The position numbers and the translations under genes are program-made. From assembly GCA_041690595.1 (NCBI GenBank), contig JAWLHB010000005.1, forward strand, positions 186,001 through 250,000: a stretch of DNA of 64,000 nt. The letters run 5' to 3'. The stretch comes from Lentisphaeria bacterium. Lineage in GTDB: Bacteria > Verrucomicrobiota > Lentisphaeria > JABSQK01 > JAWLHB01. Below, piece after piece: positions 20,117-30,810 of the stretch (position 1 is the stretch's first letter; the number at the start of each line of letters is the position of its first letter). The notes under the pieces were generated by a model, which worked only from the letters and a program-made list of their open reading frames with translations, ran no database searches and was not told the DNA's origin.

Positions 20117-20557
20117 GACTGGAGTTGTCGAAAAGGGTTCTGGACGCCATAGTGATAGAGTTGACCCTGCCACCATACCACGGGCAGGACACAGTGACAG
20201 CCCTCGCACGGAAATATGGGGAAGTTATGTGTCCAGACCGGTTCCTTGAAAGGGGAAATAAAGGTGGTGTTGGCAGGGCATGAGAGGGACAATTTTCGGC
20301 TGGCTCCAAGGCTTGGCAGTTTCGGGCTCAACTAGGGAAGGTCAGGACTTGATGCCGAAGATCGTGTCGCTCGTCAACACCAGATTAACGCCGCATTTGC
20401 CACTTGAGGAATGCTTTCCGACGATACGACGCAATATCTTGGTCGCATGCTCCAAGGCTGCCAGCTATCTGGCGCCCCCCGAGCAAAAACGCGGCGAGCG
20501 GCTGTTAATAACTTGTCAGTAAATTTGTCAGTTTTCGATTGAGGGTGGACAACGTCA

Positions 20558-21994
20558 ATGCAACAGGCACAAAATCTTTGGAACGCGGCGCTGGTCAAAC
20601 TGCGCGAATTGGTGGATGCGGATTCTTTCGAGCGATATTTCGCCGAGATTGTCCCCGTCACGTTGGATGAGAGCCGTGACACGCTGATCCTTGGCGTCAC
20701 GAGTGACTTGATCGCCTTCTGGCTCAGCGACAACTATGGCGGAGTCGTGGAAGAAGCCTTGCGGGAAGTCTGTGACGATTCGCTGGAAGTTGTGTTCGAG
20801 AGCGGTCATCAGCTTGCCAGCCTGACGACGCCGGCGGTGCGAAAACGGGTGGAAGGCGATAAGGACGAGACATCGACCGCCACCGCCACCGCGGTTGCCG
20901 TCGAGGAACGGCCGCGGCCGCGAGTGCGGTCACGGGAGAGCCATGACGACCACGATGGTGGCGACTACAACTCGAACTTCCCGTATCGGGGTGACTTCTC
21001 ATTCGACAACTTTGTGGTAGGGAACTGCAACAAGATCTGTTTTGCGGCCGCGCAGGCCGTGAGTGAGAAACCGGGGCGTGCCTATAATCCGCTGCTCATT
21101 TTCGGCGGTGTAGCCCTTGGCAAGACGCACCTGCTGCAGGCCATCGCGACCAATGTGATTGCTCGCAAGAAACGGGCCAAGGTGCAGTACGTCACCAGCG
21201 AGGAATTCGTCAACCAGTACGTGGAAGCGCTGCAGTCAAAGAAGCTCGGCAGTTTCCGCCGCCGCTTTCGCAGCCTGGATCTGTTGTTGATCGACGACAT
21301 CCAGTTCTTCGAGGGCAAGGTCGGTTCGCAGGAAGAGTTCTTCCACACTTTCAATGCGCTCCACAACAGCCATAAGCAGATCGTGCTGGCGAGTGACCGT
21401 ACCCCGCAGCAGATCGCCGGGCTGGAGCAACGCCTGGTCTCCCGGTTCGAGTGGGGACTGAGCGCCGAAATGCTCCCCCCGGATTTCGAAACGCGCCTGG
21501 CCATTCTCCGCAACAAGCAGGAGAAGCAGCAGATCAAGCTGAGCGACGAGGTCATGACCCTCATCGCCAACCGCATCCACAGCAACATCCGCAACCTGGA
21601 ATCGGCACTGACCCGCCTCGTCATGAACATCTCCGCCTTCAGTGACAACATGACAGTCGAACGCGCGGAGATGCTGCTGAAGGACAAGTTCGAGCAGGAA
21701 CGCAAGCCGACAATCAACATCGAACTGATCCAGCGCCAGGTCGCGGACCATTTCGATATCAGCCGTTCAGACATGATGAGCAAGAAGCGGCCGCGCAAGA
21801 TCGCCCTGCCGCGCATGGTCGCCATGTATCTGAGCCGAAAGTTGACGTCAGATTCCTTGCCTGCCATTGGTGATGCCTTCAACCGGAATCATGCCACCGT
21901 CATTCACGCGGTGGACAAGGTGGAACAGCTCATGAGCGCCGACGATTCGCTGCGCAATTCCGTAAGCATCCTGAAGCGGGACCTGGAAAGCTGA
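20558..21994 (+). CDS. dnaA: Chromosomal replication initiator protein
   Basis: FDNFVVG, YNPLLIFGGVALGKTHL, LLIDDIQF, QEEFFHTFN, RLVSRFEWG, and a domain IV HTH. Confidence 0.96.
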   Translation: MQQAQNLWNAALVKLRELVDADSFERYFAEIVPVTLDESRDTLILGVTSDLIAFWLSDNYGGVVEEALREVCDDSLEVVFESGHQLASLTTPAVRKRVEGDKDETSTATATAVAVEERPRPRVRSRESHDDHDGGDYNSNFPYRGDFSFDNFVVGNCNKICFAAAQAVSEKPGRAYNPLLIFGGVALGKTHLLQAIATNVIARKKRAKVQYVTSEEFVNQYVEALQSKKLGSFRRRFRSLDLLLIDDIQFFEGKVGSQEEFFHTFNALHNSHKQIVLASDRTPQQIAGLEQRLVSRFEWGLSAEMLPPDFETRLAILRNKQEKQQIKLSDEVMTLIANRIHSNIRNLESALTRLVMNISAFSDNMTVERAEMLLKDKFEQERKPTINIELIQRQVADHFDISRSDMMSKKRPRKIALPRMVAMYLSRKLTSDSLPAIGDAFNRNHATVIHAVDKVEQLMSADDSLRNSVSILKRDLES

Positions 21995-21996
21995 CG

Positions 21997-23277
21997 ATGC
22001 GAGTACCCGCGAGCCTTTTCCTCGCCTTCCGTTATCTGCGGCCCCAGTGGTCCTTCGTCTCCCTCATCAGCTTTCTCTCCGTACTTGGGCCGACCCTTGG
22101 CGTTGCGGTGCTGATCGTGGTGATGGCGGTGATGGCGGGTTTCGGGCAGGATATACGCAGCCGCATTTTCGGCATGCAGGCTCACATCACCCTTCAGCCG
22201 GCCTTGACGGACTACATCGACTCCCCGGATGTCTACGTCAAGAAGCTGCAGGAGATGGGTCTCAAGGCCACGGCGACCGCGCAGGGACCGGTGCTCATCC
22301 AGACCCGGCGACAGATCATTGCCAAGTTCATCAAGGGTATCGATCCGAGAACTGATAGTGACGTGACCATCATCCGCGAGAGCACCACCGGGACTTACGA
22401 CGTGAGCGGCGAGGAAGCCATCGTCGGTTCGGATCTCGCCTTTTCACTCGGCATCGGCATCGGCGACACGCTCGTGGTCCATTCGACCGGCAAGCTGCAG
22501 AGCATGGTGAAGTTCGACGAGGACGATCAGATCTACTTCGCCGAATCGGACGAAGTCTATCTGCCCGAGGAGCTGGAGGTCGTTGGCATCTTCGACCTGG
22601 GCATGTATGACTACGATTCAAACTTCATCCTTGTGCATCTGGAAAAGGCCAACGAGATCTTCAACCGCCCCTGGGAGTCGGCTGGTTCGATCCAGGTGTG
22701 GACGGACGACCCGGACAATCTGGACCCCATCGTCGACCAGCTCTTTGCGAACAGCTCCTTCTTCGCCGGCCTCGGAATGCTGACCTGGCAGCAGGTGAAC
22801 CGGCAGCTCTTTGGAGCGCTCAAGGTGGAGAAGAACATGCAGTTTTTCCTGCTGACCATCATCGTCGGGGTCGCGGCCTTCAGCATAACAGGCACGCTGA
22901 TCACCATCGTGGTGCAGAAGACGCGGGAGATCGGGGTCCTGAAGGCCATGGGCGCCACGCCGCTGACGATCCAGGCGATCTTCATGCTGCAGGGGGCGGT
23001 GGTCGGGCTGCTGGGGGTCCTGCTCGGGCTGGGACTGGGACTGCTGATCCTCACGTATCGAAACCATATCGCCGCCTTCCTGGGCAACGTCATGGGGGTG
23101 GAGGTTTTCCCGGCGGAACTCTATCAGCTGCCCCAGATACCCGCGCACGTGGACCGGCTCGACGTCCTGGCCATCGCGGTATCTACCTTTCTCATCTGTG
23201 TTCTGGCAGCCGCCATTCCGGCGCTGTATGCAGGAGCCATGACGCCGTCCAATGCCCTGCGCGTGGAAACCGGTTAA
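21997..23277 (+). CDS. Lipoprotein-releasing ABC transporter permease (LolC/E family)
   Basis: LGVAVLIVVMAVMAGF, KTREIGVLKAMGA; followed by lolD. Confidence 0.9.
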   Translation: MRVPASLFLAFRYLRPQWSFVSLISFLSVLGPTLGVAVLIVVMAVMAGFGQDIRSRIFGMQAHITLQPALTDYIDSPDVYVKKLQEMGLKATATAQGPVLIQTRRQIIAKFIKGIDPRTDSDVTIIRESTTGTYDVSGEEAIVGSDLAFSLGIGIGDTLVVHSTGKLQSMVKFDEDDQIYFAESDEVYLPEELEVVGIFDLGMYDYDSNFILVHLEKANEIFNRPWESAGSIQVWTDDPDNLDPIVDQLFANSSFFAGLGMLTWQQVNRQLFGALKVEKNMQFFLLTIIVGVAAFSITGTLITIVVQKTREIGVLKAMGATPLTIQAIFMLQGAVVGLLGVLLGLGLGLLILTYRNHIAAFLGNVMGVEVFPAELYQLPQIPAHVDRLDVLAIAVSTFLICVLAAAIPALYAGAMTPSNALRVETG

Positions 23278-23292
23278 CCAGTGAGGTGGCGG

Positions 23293-23970
23293 GTGACTGC
23301 CGCATTGACAGTAGAAAATCTGGTGAAGAGCTATCGCCGACGCAAGCATACCATCGAGGTCCTGAAAGGGATCGACCTGCAGGTGGACACCGGTGAATGG
23401 GTAGCACTCACCGGTCCTTCCGGATGCGGCAAAACGACGTTGCTTCACGTCCTCGGCGTCCTCGACAAGCCCACTTCCGGCCGGATTCTCTACTTCGACA
23501 AGAATACCACCGGCATGGGGTCACTCCGGCAGGCCAAGCTCCGGCGAACCCAGATCGGCTTTGTCTTCCAGTCCTCCCAGCTCTTTCCGGAGCTGACCGC
23601 CCTGGAGAATGTCATGCTGGCCGGCCGCCTGAACCGCCAGAGCGATACAGCCTGCCGGGCCGCGGCATTGGCCTTGATCGAGCAGATGGGCGTCGCGCAC
23701 CGGTTGCAGCACCGGCCAGCGGAGCTTTCCGGCGGCGAGCAGCAGCGCCTGGCCATCGCCCGCGCCCTGATCAACAAGCCCAGGATCATTCTGGCCGATG
23801 AACCGACCGGCAATCTCGACGCGAGCAATGCCGGCGAGATCATCCGCCTCCTCGAGGAACTTCGAGAACGCGAAAAGCTGACCGTCGTCATGGTGACCCA
23901 TGATCGGGATCTCGCCCGGCGCGCCGATCGCACGATGATCATGCAGGATGGAAAGCTGCGACGGCTGTAG
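23293..23970 (+). CDS. lolD: Lipoprotein-releasing ABC transporter ATPase
   Basis: GPSGCGKT, LSGGEQQR, LADEPTGNLD; GTG start at 23293 after GAGGT. Confidence 0.88.
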   Translation: MTAALTVENLVKSYRRRKHTIEVLKGIDLQVDTGEWVALTGPSGCGKTTLLHVLGVLDKPTSGRILYFDKNTTGMGSLRQAKLRRTQIGFVFQSSQLFPELTALENVMLAGRLNRQSDTACRAAALALIEQMGVAHRLQHRPAELSGGEQQRLAIARALINKPRIILADEPTGNLDASNAGEIIRLLEELREREKLTVVMVTHDRDLARRADRTMIMQDGKLRRL

Positions 23971-24013
23971 TGCTATAGTAAGGCACCCACCACGATCAGC
24001 AGCAGGCCCGTCA

Positions 24014-25027
24014 ATGAAAGCAATGGTATGGCACGGCCATGGAGAGCCCCCGCGGCTCATGGAAGTGGAATGCCCGGAACCCGGCCCGGGGGACGTGCAG
24101 GTGCGGGTGCTCACCTGCGGCGTCTGTCGTACCGATCTGCATCTGCTCGATGGCGACCTGACGGCACCCGCCCTGCCCCTCATCCCCGGGCACCAGATTG
24201 TCGGCACGGTCAGCAAACTCGGCCCTGATGCAAGCCGCCTTCAGGTGGGCGATCGGGTCGGGATTGGCTGGCTGGGCGGCGCCTGCGGCGCCTGCCGCTA
24301 CTGTCGCGCCGAGCGGGAGAACCTCTGCGACCAGCCGGAGTTCACGGGCTACACGAGAAACGGCGGCTTCGCGGAGTATACCGTCGCCCATGAAGATTAC
24401 TGCTTTCCACTGGCCGACGACTATCCGGCTGAGCTGGCCGCGCCGCTGCTTTGCGCGGGGCTGATCGGCTATCGTTCGCTGAACATGACCGACGGGGCGC
24501 GGCGTCTGGGCTTCTACGGCTTCGGCTCGTCCGCGCACATCCTCATCCAGGTGGCGCTCTGGCAGCAGCGAGAGGTCTATGTCTTCACGCGCGACGGAGA
24601 TCGCGATGGGCAGAGCTTCGCCCGCGAGCTTGGCGCGTCCTGGGCAGGAGGCAGCTCCGATCAGCCACCCGAACGACTCGACGCCGCCATTATCTTCGCG
24701 CCTGTCGGCGAGCTGGTGGTCTCCGCCTTGAAGGCATCGGCGAAGGGGGCCATCATCGTCTGCGCCGGTATCCACATGAGCGATATCCCCTCCTTCCCGT
24801 ATTCTCTGCTCTGGGAGGAGCGGCAGCTCCGTTCCGTCGCCAACCTGACGCGACGCGATGGTGCGGAGTTTCTCGACCTGGCCCCACGAATCCCGATCCA
24901 AACCCGCGTCACCACCTTTCCCTTGAGCGAGGCTAACCAGGCGCTGGAAGCCGTCCGCCAGGGAGACATCACCGGCTCGGCGGTGCTGCGGATCACCAAA
25001 CCGACGGAGAACGAACCATGCGTGTAA
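24014..25027 (+). CDS. Zinc-dependent alcohol dehydrogenase
   Basis: CGVCRTD, PGHQIVG, structural Zn site CGACRYC...NLC. Confidence 0.92.
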   Translation: MKAMVWHGHGEPPRLMEVECPEPGPGDVQVRVLTCGVCRTDLHLLDGDLTAPALPLIPGHQIVGTVSKLGPDASRLQVGDRVGIGWLGGACGACRYCRAERENLCDQPEFTGYTRNGGFAEYTVAHEDYCFPLADDYPAELAAPLLCAGLIGYRSLNMTDGARRLGFYGFGSSAHILIQVALWQQREVYVFTRDGDRDGQSFARELGASWAGGSSDQPPERLDAAIIFAPVGELVVSALKASAKGAIIVCAGIHMSDIPSFPYSLLWEERQLRSVANLTRRDGAEFLDLAPRIPIQTRVTTFPLSEANQALEAVRQGDITGSAVLRITKPTENEPCV

Positions 25028-25863
25028 TCGTGACTGGCAGCGGCGGTAATCTGGGAACGCACCTGATGCGACAGGCCATAGCCGGCTGGGAGATCCACGG
25101 CACCTGGCATCGCCGCGAACCTTCCTGGCCGCTTGGGCATCAAGTCGATCTGGCTGCTCCGGGCGCCATGGCCGCACTCTGCCAGAAGGTGCGCCCGGAG
25201 CTGATCGTCCACACCGCCTTCAGCCAGCAGGATATGGATCGCAACATTGTTCAGGCCACTGAACAGGTTGCTTCAGCCGCCCGCGATCAGGGTGCGGCCT
25301 TGATCCACATGAGCACCGATATGGTCTTCGACGGCAATTCTGGTCCCTACTCCGAAGCTGACGAGCCGCGGCCGATCTTCCCCTACGGCCAGGCCAAGGC
25401 TGCTGCCGAGCGGATTGTCCGCGAACTCCTGCCGGGGGCGGCGATCGTCCGCGCCTCGCTGATCATCGGCCTGGAACCTCTCAACCACAGCAGCGCCTGG
25501 CTGATCGACGCTCTGCGCAAGGGCGCGCGGGCAATGCTCTTCGTGGACGAAGTGCGCACGCCGATTGCGGCGGACGACCTTGCCGCCATGCTCTGGGAAA
25601 TCGCCGCCCTGCCGTCCGCCCGCCAAGGGGGCGTGTGGCATCTGGCCGGGCCGGAATCGTTGAGCCGCTTTGCGCTCGGGCTGCTGCTGGCACGCCATTT
25701 CGGTCTCGATCCATCCCTGCTTCAGCCCGTCCTCAACCGAGAGCTGGCGGAGCCACGACCGCGCGACCTGCGGATCAATACGCGGCGAGCGGATGCGGAG
25801 CTGCGTCATCGGCCACGAAGCGTAAGCGAGGTCCTGGCATTGGGCAGCGCCGTGGCAGGCTGA
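25018..25863 (+). CDS. dTDP-4-dehydrorhamnose reductase-like (RfbD) SDR oxidoreductase
   Basis: VTGSGGNLG, STDMVFDG, YGQAK. Confidence 0.85.
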   Translation: MRVIVTGSGGNLGTHLMRQAIAGWEIHGTWHRREPSWPLGHQVDLAAPGAMAALCQKVRPELIVHTAFSQQDMDRNIVQATEQVASAARDQGAALIHMSTDMVFDGNSGPYSEADEPRPIFPYGQAKAAAERIVRELLPGAAIVRASLIIGLEPLNHSSAWLIDALRKGARAMLFVDEVRTPIAADDLAAMLWEIAALPSARQGGVWHLAGPESLSRFALGLLLARHFGLDPSLLQPVLNRELAEPRPRDLRINTRRADAELRHRPRSVSEVLALGSAVAG

Positions 25864-25937
25864 AGGACTGGACATTTGCCCCGGACAGGGCAGTGTACAC
25901 GCATCGTCAAACCCGAGCTTAACCCGAGGTGAACCCG

Positions 25938-28900
25938 ATGCGAACCGCCCTGTTTCTCTGCCTGTTGCCCCTGGTGCTGAGTGCCGCCGAACCGGTGATT
26001 TTCGGCATTCTCGAACGCGACGCGGAAAAGCACGATGTCGAGTTTCAGCACTACGATTCCTTGAAGAAAGAGCTGAAGGCCGTGGGCATCGAGGCGCTGC
26101 TGGCACCAATCGAGAGCGTCACCCAGGGTGGCTGGACGGAGGAGCGGATTTACCAACGGCTCAAGGCCTGCCACGTGGTGGCGCTGAGTCCCCATCCCGA
26201 GGGTTTTCACCAGCTCAATGACGAGTTGCGCGACCGCGCCGCCATGGTCGGCCGCGCTCTGCACCGCTACGTGTCGGAGGGCGGCGGCCTCTTCCTCAAC
26301 CTCCGTGGCGTGCGTTATCCCGGCGACGAGGACGAGAAGTACTGGAACCTGGTGATCGCGCCGCTCGGGCTGGAGCTGCTGCACGAAGGGACGTTTGACA
26401 AGAGCCGCGAGTTCAAGGCGGTTCGCGGCCGGGCGACGGACCTGGCGCCCTACTGGTACACCCAGAACATCACGCCGCACCCGATCACCGAAGGCATCGG
26501 CCGGCTGGTGCTGCCGCTTTACGATTTCGGCCACTGGCCGGGGTTGCCCGCCTGCCGCTATGACGACTCCTGGCAGGTGATCGTTCGCGGTGAGGCGGAG
26601 GCCGGCAGTTTCAAGTCCGGGGTCGTGGACAACATAGTCAACCTCGACGATCCCGGCACCTATGCGAGCGCCCCGCCGGTGGTGGCGGTGCGGACCCTGG
26701 GCAAGGGGCGCATCCTCTCTTATCCACTGACGCCTATCCACTGGCGCCTGAACATCAACAATCCTCTGTGGGCGGAAACGGTCGAACGGAGTGGCGATCC
26801 GGGCCGGGGCCTGCGTAGCGACAGCCAGCAATTGATCGTCAATGGCATCAAGTGGCTGGGCGAACCGGCGCAGGCCGAGCCGGGCTTCGGGACGCATGCG
26901 TTTGTACCCTACGAACCCATCCGCTACCCGCCCCGGGTCGAGTGGGATGGCCGGCCGTACTCGCCGCCCGCCACGACCGACCAGGTGCGGGGCATTTTCG
27001 GGGCGATCAGCAATCATGCGGGCGGCGCGGGAACAGTCGCCGAGTACGCCGCCTCGGCGCGGGCCGCCGGGCTCGCCTTCGTGGTCTTCGCCGACCCTCT
27101 CGAACAGCTCACTCCGGAAAGCCTCGAACAGCTCAAGGCCGATTGTCTGGCGGTGAGCGACGAGACGTTTTACGCCTGCCCCGGCCTGCAATTCACCACC
27201 GGCGTGGAGATGCGCTGGGCCATCTGGGGCGAAAAGCTCATTTTCCCGCAGGAGACCAAGGAATCCCCGGGCAAGCCCTTTGTTTACAAGCAGTGGGAAA
27301 ACGGCCGGATCAATCATCGTGGCTGGTACGCGGCGGATTGCGGCTTCCCCGGTACCGCGCTGCTCGATTATCGAGAGCTGCGCGACAAGGGCGGCCATCC
27401 CGAAAATCTCTGGTGGTTCTATCATTATCTGCCCTGGGTTTACGATCGCGACCAGCTTGCCGCCGATAATCAGCGGGATTACCTCGATGGTCTGGCCGAT
27501 CTGCGCTGGGCGGCGCTGACCAGCTACACCCGCATCACCAGCCCCGCCGACGTGGCGTTGGCCGCCGCGACCTGCTGGACCGCCTTCGCCGATCTCGAGG
27601 CGGCCCGCAAGGGGCTCAACACCCGATGCGCCGCGTACTGGCAGGCACTGGGCGGCCGCCAATATGTGAGCCAGGGGCCAGTGATCACGGCTTGGCAAGT
27701 GGTCAACAACCAGATGGAGGAGAACTGGCGCTATACCCGAGGCGGCCAACGGGTGCAACTGCGCTTCGCCGTCACCAGCCCCGCCGGCATCCGCGAAGTC
27801 ATCGTCCACGACGCCAATGAAGGGCCGATCCGCCGCTATCTCGGTCACGGCGCGGCCGAACTCAGCCGCGAGTTCGAGGTGGTGCATGACAAACAGCACT
27901 GGCTGGCCCTCGAGGTGATAGACGGCGACGGCAAACGCGCCTGGTCGTGGAATATCCTGGTCTACGCCTACAAGGGCGGGCTGTTCCGTTGCGGCGACAA
28001 CCTGAACATCCTCGGGCCGACCGGCATCCTCTGGCACCCGGACCGCAGCGAGATGTTTCCGATGACCAAGATGCTTCAGAATGCGGAGAAATACTCGCTC
28101 CAAGGCTGGGACCGCGGCGGCCCGATGTGCCCGCTGCCCGAACTGGGGAGCCGTCAACTCGTCAATGTAGCCGGCCGCGGCTGGTACCCCACCCGCGAAC
28201 GGGAATATGCCTATGTCGGCAATGTCATGAAGGTGCACATGAGTTCGCACAACATCCACCTGGCGAGCATGCGCCTCGATTTCCTGGCGCAGATGCATGA
28301 CACCCCGGAGCGCCCCGGCCCCGCCTTGGCAAGCATCCCTCTGGACCTCGGCCCCACCGACTACTTTGCGCGCAATCACACGATGCACGCGTTCACCTCG
28401 CGCAAGGACATGTACACCACTTGGAACCACCGGCGCTGGCACGAAGGTTTCCAGAACTATCGCGGCGGTCTGCTCTACCATGAGGGCGAATTCCGCATCA
28501 AGGAGGATTTCACCCTCGGCCAGACCCCGGGCTTCCTGATGATGGATATGCGCGTGCCCGTCGAGGTGGACCGCGGCTGGGGCACCACCGCCATCGCCAC
28601 CGATGCCGACGGCAGCACCAAGGTTGTCACCTGGGACGGCACCGCCAAACGCCTCCAGGCCGCGGGCGACGTTCGCCCCGGCGGGTATGTCGCCTGGTTA
28701 CCCAACCTTGCGGGCTTCCACGCCGTCATGCTTCCCCACGACGCGACGCTCTCCTACAGCATGGATCTGCCACGTTCCATCAGCATCGGCATCGGCCGCC
28801 AGGGCCAGGAGTTCAAGGCCGGCGACGTCATCAAGTACCGTTTTGCCGTCGCCAACTTCGCCGATGCCCGCGACGGCAACCGGCTGGCCGAGCATCACTG

Positions 28901-29438
28901 CCGCATCCTCAATCTGGCTGGCGGCAGCGACGGCTATCCCTACACCATGAAAGCGGGCCAGCTGACGGACGCGACCGTCTACTTCACCGCCGCCGCCGAG
29001 GACGGCGAAGCGGCGATGAGCATCGGCCCCGTCCCCGACCTGGTGCTCGACCTGCCGATCCGGGTCACCGGCCTGGAGAATAACGGCTGCGCCGCGGTCC
29101 ACACCCGCCGCCGTCCCTGGTTCCGCTTCATTCCCGTGGTCGGCGACACCGCCTACGTCCAGGAAGACGTGGACCAGAGCAACGATATCTGGGTCGGCAA
29201 CATCTTCCGCTGCGACCGCCCTGAGGTCAAGCTGACGGTGGTGGCCGACGGCCAGGCCGATGGTGTCCCTCCGCGGGTCGAGGTCCACAACCCGACCGAC
29301 GCCGCGCTACGGGCGGTCCTGCACTCGCCGGCCGGCACCCCGGTGTTCGGCGGCAAGACCGCGACCGTTGACGTTGCCGCCGGCGCCAGCGTCTGGCTGC
29401 GGCTCGATGCCGATGGGGCGCTCGAAATCATGCCGTAA
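25938..29438 (+). CDS. Large secreted protein of unknown function (paralog 1): GATase-like + degenerate PHP-like + beta-rich domains
   Basis: Signal peptide MRTALFLCLLPLVLSA; collinear motifs shared with 37482-40946 and 40994-44524. Confidence 0.8.
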   Translation: MRTALFLCLLPLVLSAAEPVIFGILERDAEKHDVEFQHYDSLKKELKAVGIEALLAPIESVTQGGWTEERIYQRLKACHVVALSPHPEGFHQLNDELRDRAAMVGRALHRYVSEGGGLFLNLRGVRYPGDEDEKYWNLVIAPLGLELLHEGTFDKSREFKAVRGRATDLAPYWYTQNITPHPITEGIGRLVLPLYDFGHWPGLPACRYDDSWQVIVRGEAEAGSFKSGVVDNIVNLDDPGTYASAPPVVAVRTLGKGRILSYPLTPIHWRLNINNPLWAETVERSGDPGRGLRSDSQQLIVNGIKWLGEPAQAEPGFGTHAFVPYEPIRYPPRVEWDGRPYSPPATTDQVRGIFGAISNHAGGAGTVAEYAASARAAGLAFVVFADPLEQLTPESLEQLKADCLAVSDETFYACPGLQFTTGVEMRWAIWGEKLIFPQETKESPGKPFVYKQWENGRINHRGWYAADCGFPGTALLDYRELRDKGGHPENLWWFYHYLPWVYDRDQLAADNQRDYLDGLADLRWAALTSYTRITSPADVALAAATCWTAFADLEAARKGLNTRCAAYWQALGGRQYVSQGPVITAWQVVNNQMEENWRYTRGGQRVQLRFAVTSPAGIREVIVHDANEGPIRRYLGHGAAELSREFEVVHDKQHWLALEVIDGDGKRAWSWNILVYAYKGGLFRCGDNLNILGPTGILWHPDRSEMFPMTKMLQNAEKYSLQGWDRGGPMCPLPELGSRQLVNVAGRGWYPTREREYAYVGNVMKVHMSSHNIHLASMRLDFLAQMHDTPERPGPALASIPLDLGPTDYFARNHTMHAFTSRKDMYTTWNHRRWHEGFQNYRGGLLYHEGEFRIKEDFTLGQTPGFLMMDMRVPVEVDRGWGTTAIATDADGSTKVVTWDGTAKRLQAAGDVRPGGYVAWLPNLAGFHAVMLPHDATLSYSMDLPRSISIGIGRQGQEFKAGDVIKYRFAVANFADARDGNRLAEHHCRILNLAGGSDGYPYTMKAGQLTDATVYFTAAAEDGEAAMSIGPVPDLVLDLPIRVTGLENNGCAAVHTRRRPWFRFIPVVGDTAYVQEDVDQSNDIWVGNIFRCDRPEVKLTVVADGQADGVPPRVEVHNPTDAALRAVLHSPAGTPVFGGKTATVDVAAGASVWLRLDADGALEIMP

Positions 29439-29495
29439 GCCGTTACCTTATCCGACTATGCTCGAAGCACCAATTCCGTTACCCCACGAAGCTTA

Positions 29496-30737
29496 ATGAC
29501 CGTAAATACGATCGTGTGCCGCTATGGCGAACTGGCCCTCAAGGGCGGCAATCGCCGCCATTTCGAACGCCTCCAGGTGAAGGCCATACGTCGCGCTCTG
29601 GTGGATCTGGAAGGACTGGTCATCGACCGCGAGCGGGGCAGGATCCTCCTGCGCCGAAAGGGGCGGGCGCCATTCAGCGACGCTGATCTCAAGCTCGTGC
29701 GCGACCGTCTCAGCCAGCTGTTTGGCCTTGTAACCTTCTCGCCTTCATTTCAGATACCGTCAGAGCTTGCCGACATCGAACGATGCTCCCTCGAGCTCTT
29801 TGCCCAAGCCTATGCGGAAGCCGAAGCGTCTATTCCCGGCAGCCGGCCGATCTCCTTCCGGGTTCGCATACGACGCGCCGACAAGTCTTTCCCCATGGAA
29901 TCCGTCGAGCTGGGGCGATACCTCGCCGACAAGATCATTCCCCATTACCCGCGCCTGACCGTTGACCTGAGCGAGCGCGCTGAGCTGACGCTGGCGGTCG
30001 AGCTGCGCGAACGGCACAGCTTCATCTACAGTCATCGCTACAGCGCACCGGGTGGGTTGCCGGCAGACAGCGCGGAGCCTGGCCTCGCCCTCCTTTCCGG
30101 CGGCATCGATTCACCCGTTGCCTGCTATCTGGCCATGAAACGAGGTGTGCATCTCGACTTCGTCACCTTCCACAGCCATCCCTATACGCCCATGGACAGC
30201 GTGCACAAAGTCGCCCGCCTGGTCCAACGGCTCAACACCTTCCAACGGCCCGGACGATACTTCGCCTGCAACATGTCCGAAGCCCAGAAGATCATCCGCG
30301 ATCAATGCACCGAAAGCTATCGCACCATCTTCTACCGCCGTCTCATGATGCGCATTGCGTCGGCCATGACCAAGAGACTGCGTGGGCAGTTGCTGGTGAC
30401 GGGGGAAGTCATCGGCCAGGTTGCCAGTCAGACCGTCCCAAATCTGAACGCCATCGATGAGAGCGCGGGCCCCATCGTCATCCGGCCACTGATCTGCATG
30501 GACAAAGACGAGACCGTCGCCATCGCCAGAAGAATCGGCACCTTCGACATCTCCGCCGAACCATGCGCTGACAGCTGCACCGTCTTCGCGCCGGACAATC
30601 CCGCCACTGGCGTGAAGATGTACCGGGTTCATGAAGACGAGGCGGCCCTTGACATGGATGCCATGGTTGCCCAGTGCCTCGCCGCAACCGTCGAGGTCGA
30701 CCCGGAGAGTCTGGCGGAAAGCCCCTGGCGCATGTAA
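29496..30737 (+). CDS. thiI: tRNA 4-thiouridine synthase (short form, no rhodanese domain)
   Basis: RYGELALKGGNR, THUMP region, PP-loop LLSGGIDSPVA, GQVASQT. Confidence 0.93.
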   Translation: MTVNTIVCRYGELALKGGNRRHFERLQVKAIRRALVDLEGLVIDRERGRILLRRKGRAPFSDADLKLVRDRLSQLFGLVTFSPSFQIPSELADIERCSLELFAQAYAEAEASIPGSRPISFRVRIRRADKSFPMESVELGRYLADKIIPHYPRLTVDLSERAELTLAVELRERHSFIYSHRYSAPGGLPADSAEPGLALLSGGIDSPVACYLAMKRGVHLDFVTFHSHPYTPMDSVHKVARLVQRLNTFQRPGRYFACNMSEAQKIIRDQCTESYRTIFYRRLMMRIASAMTKRLRGQLLVTGEVIGQVASQTVPNLNAIDESAGPIVIRPLICMDKDETVAIARRIGTFDISAEPCADSCTVFAPDNPATGVKMYRVHEDEAALDMDAMVAQCLAATVEVDPESLAESPWRM

Positions 30738-30810
30738 ACGCGACTATCTCGCCGGCGGCGGAAGGAGCGGGCCGGCGCTGCATTCACTGCCTCGCCGGCC
30801 CGAAAACTAC

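Noticed and set aside
20117..20557. Calling oriC upstream of dnaA
   Set aside because: I found no cluster of consensus DnaA boxes and no clear AT-rich unwinding element; kept only as weaker findings
25806..28481. Long antisense or alternate-frame ORFs (also 12188-14350, 46400-49036, 2871-4277, 54456-55979 and others)
   Set aside because: They are shadows of well-supported genes; long stop-free reverse frames are expected at high GC
29496..30737. ThiI lacking the rhodanese domain
   Set aside because: The short form is common outside gammaproteobacteria
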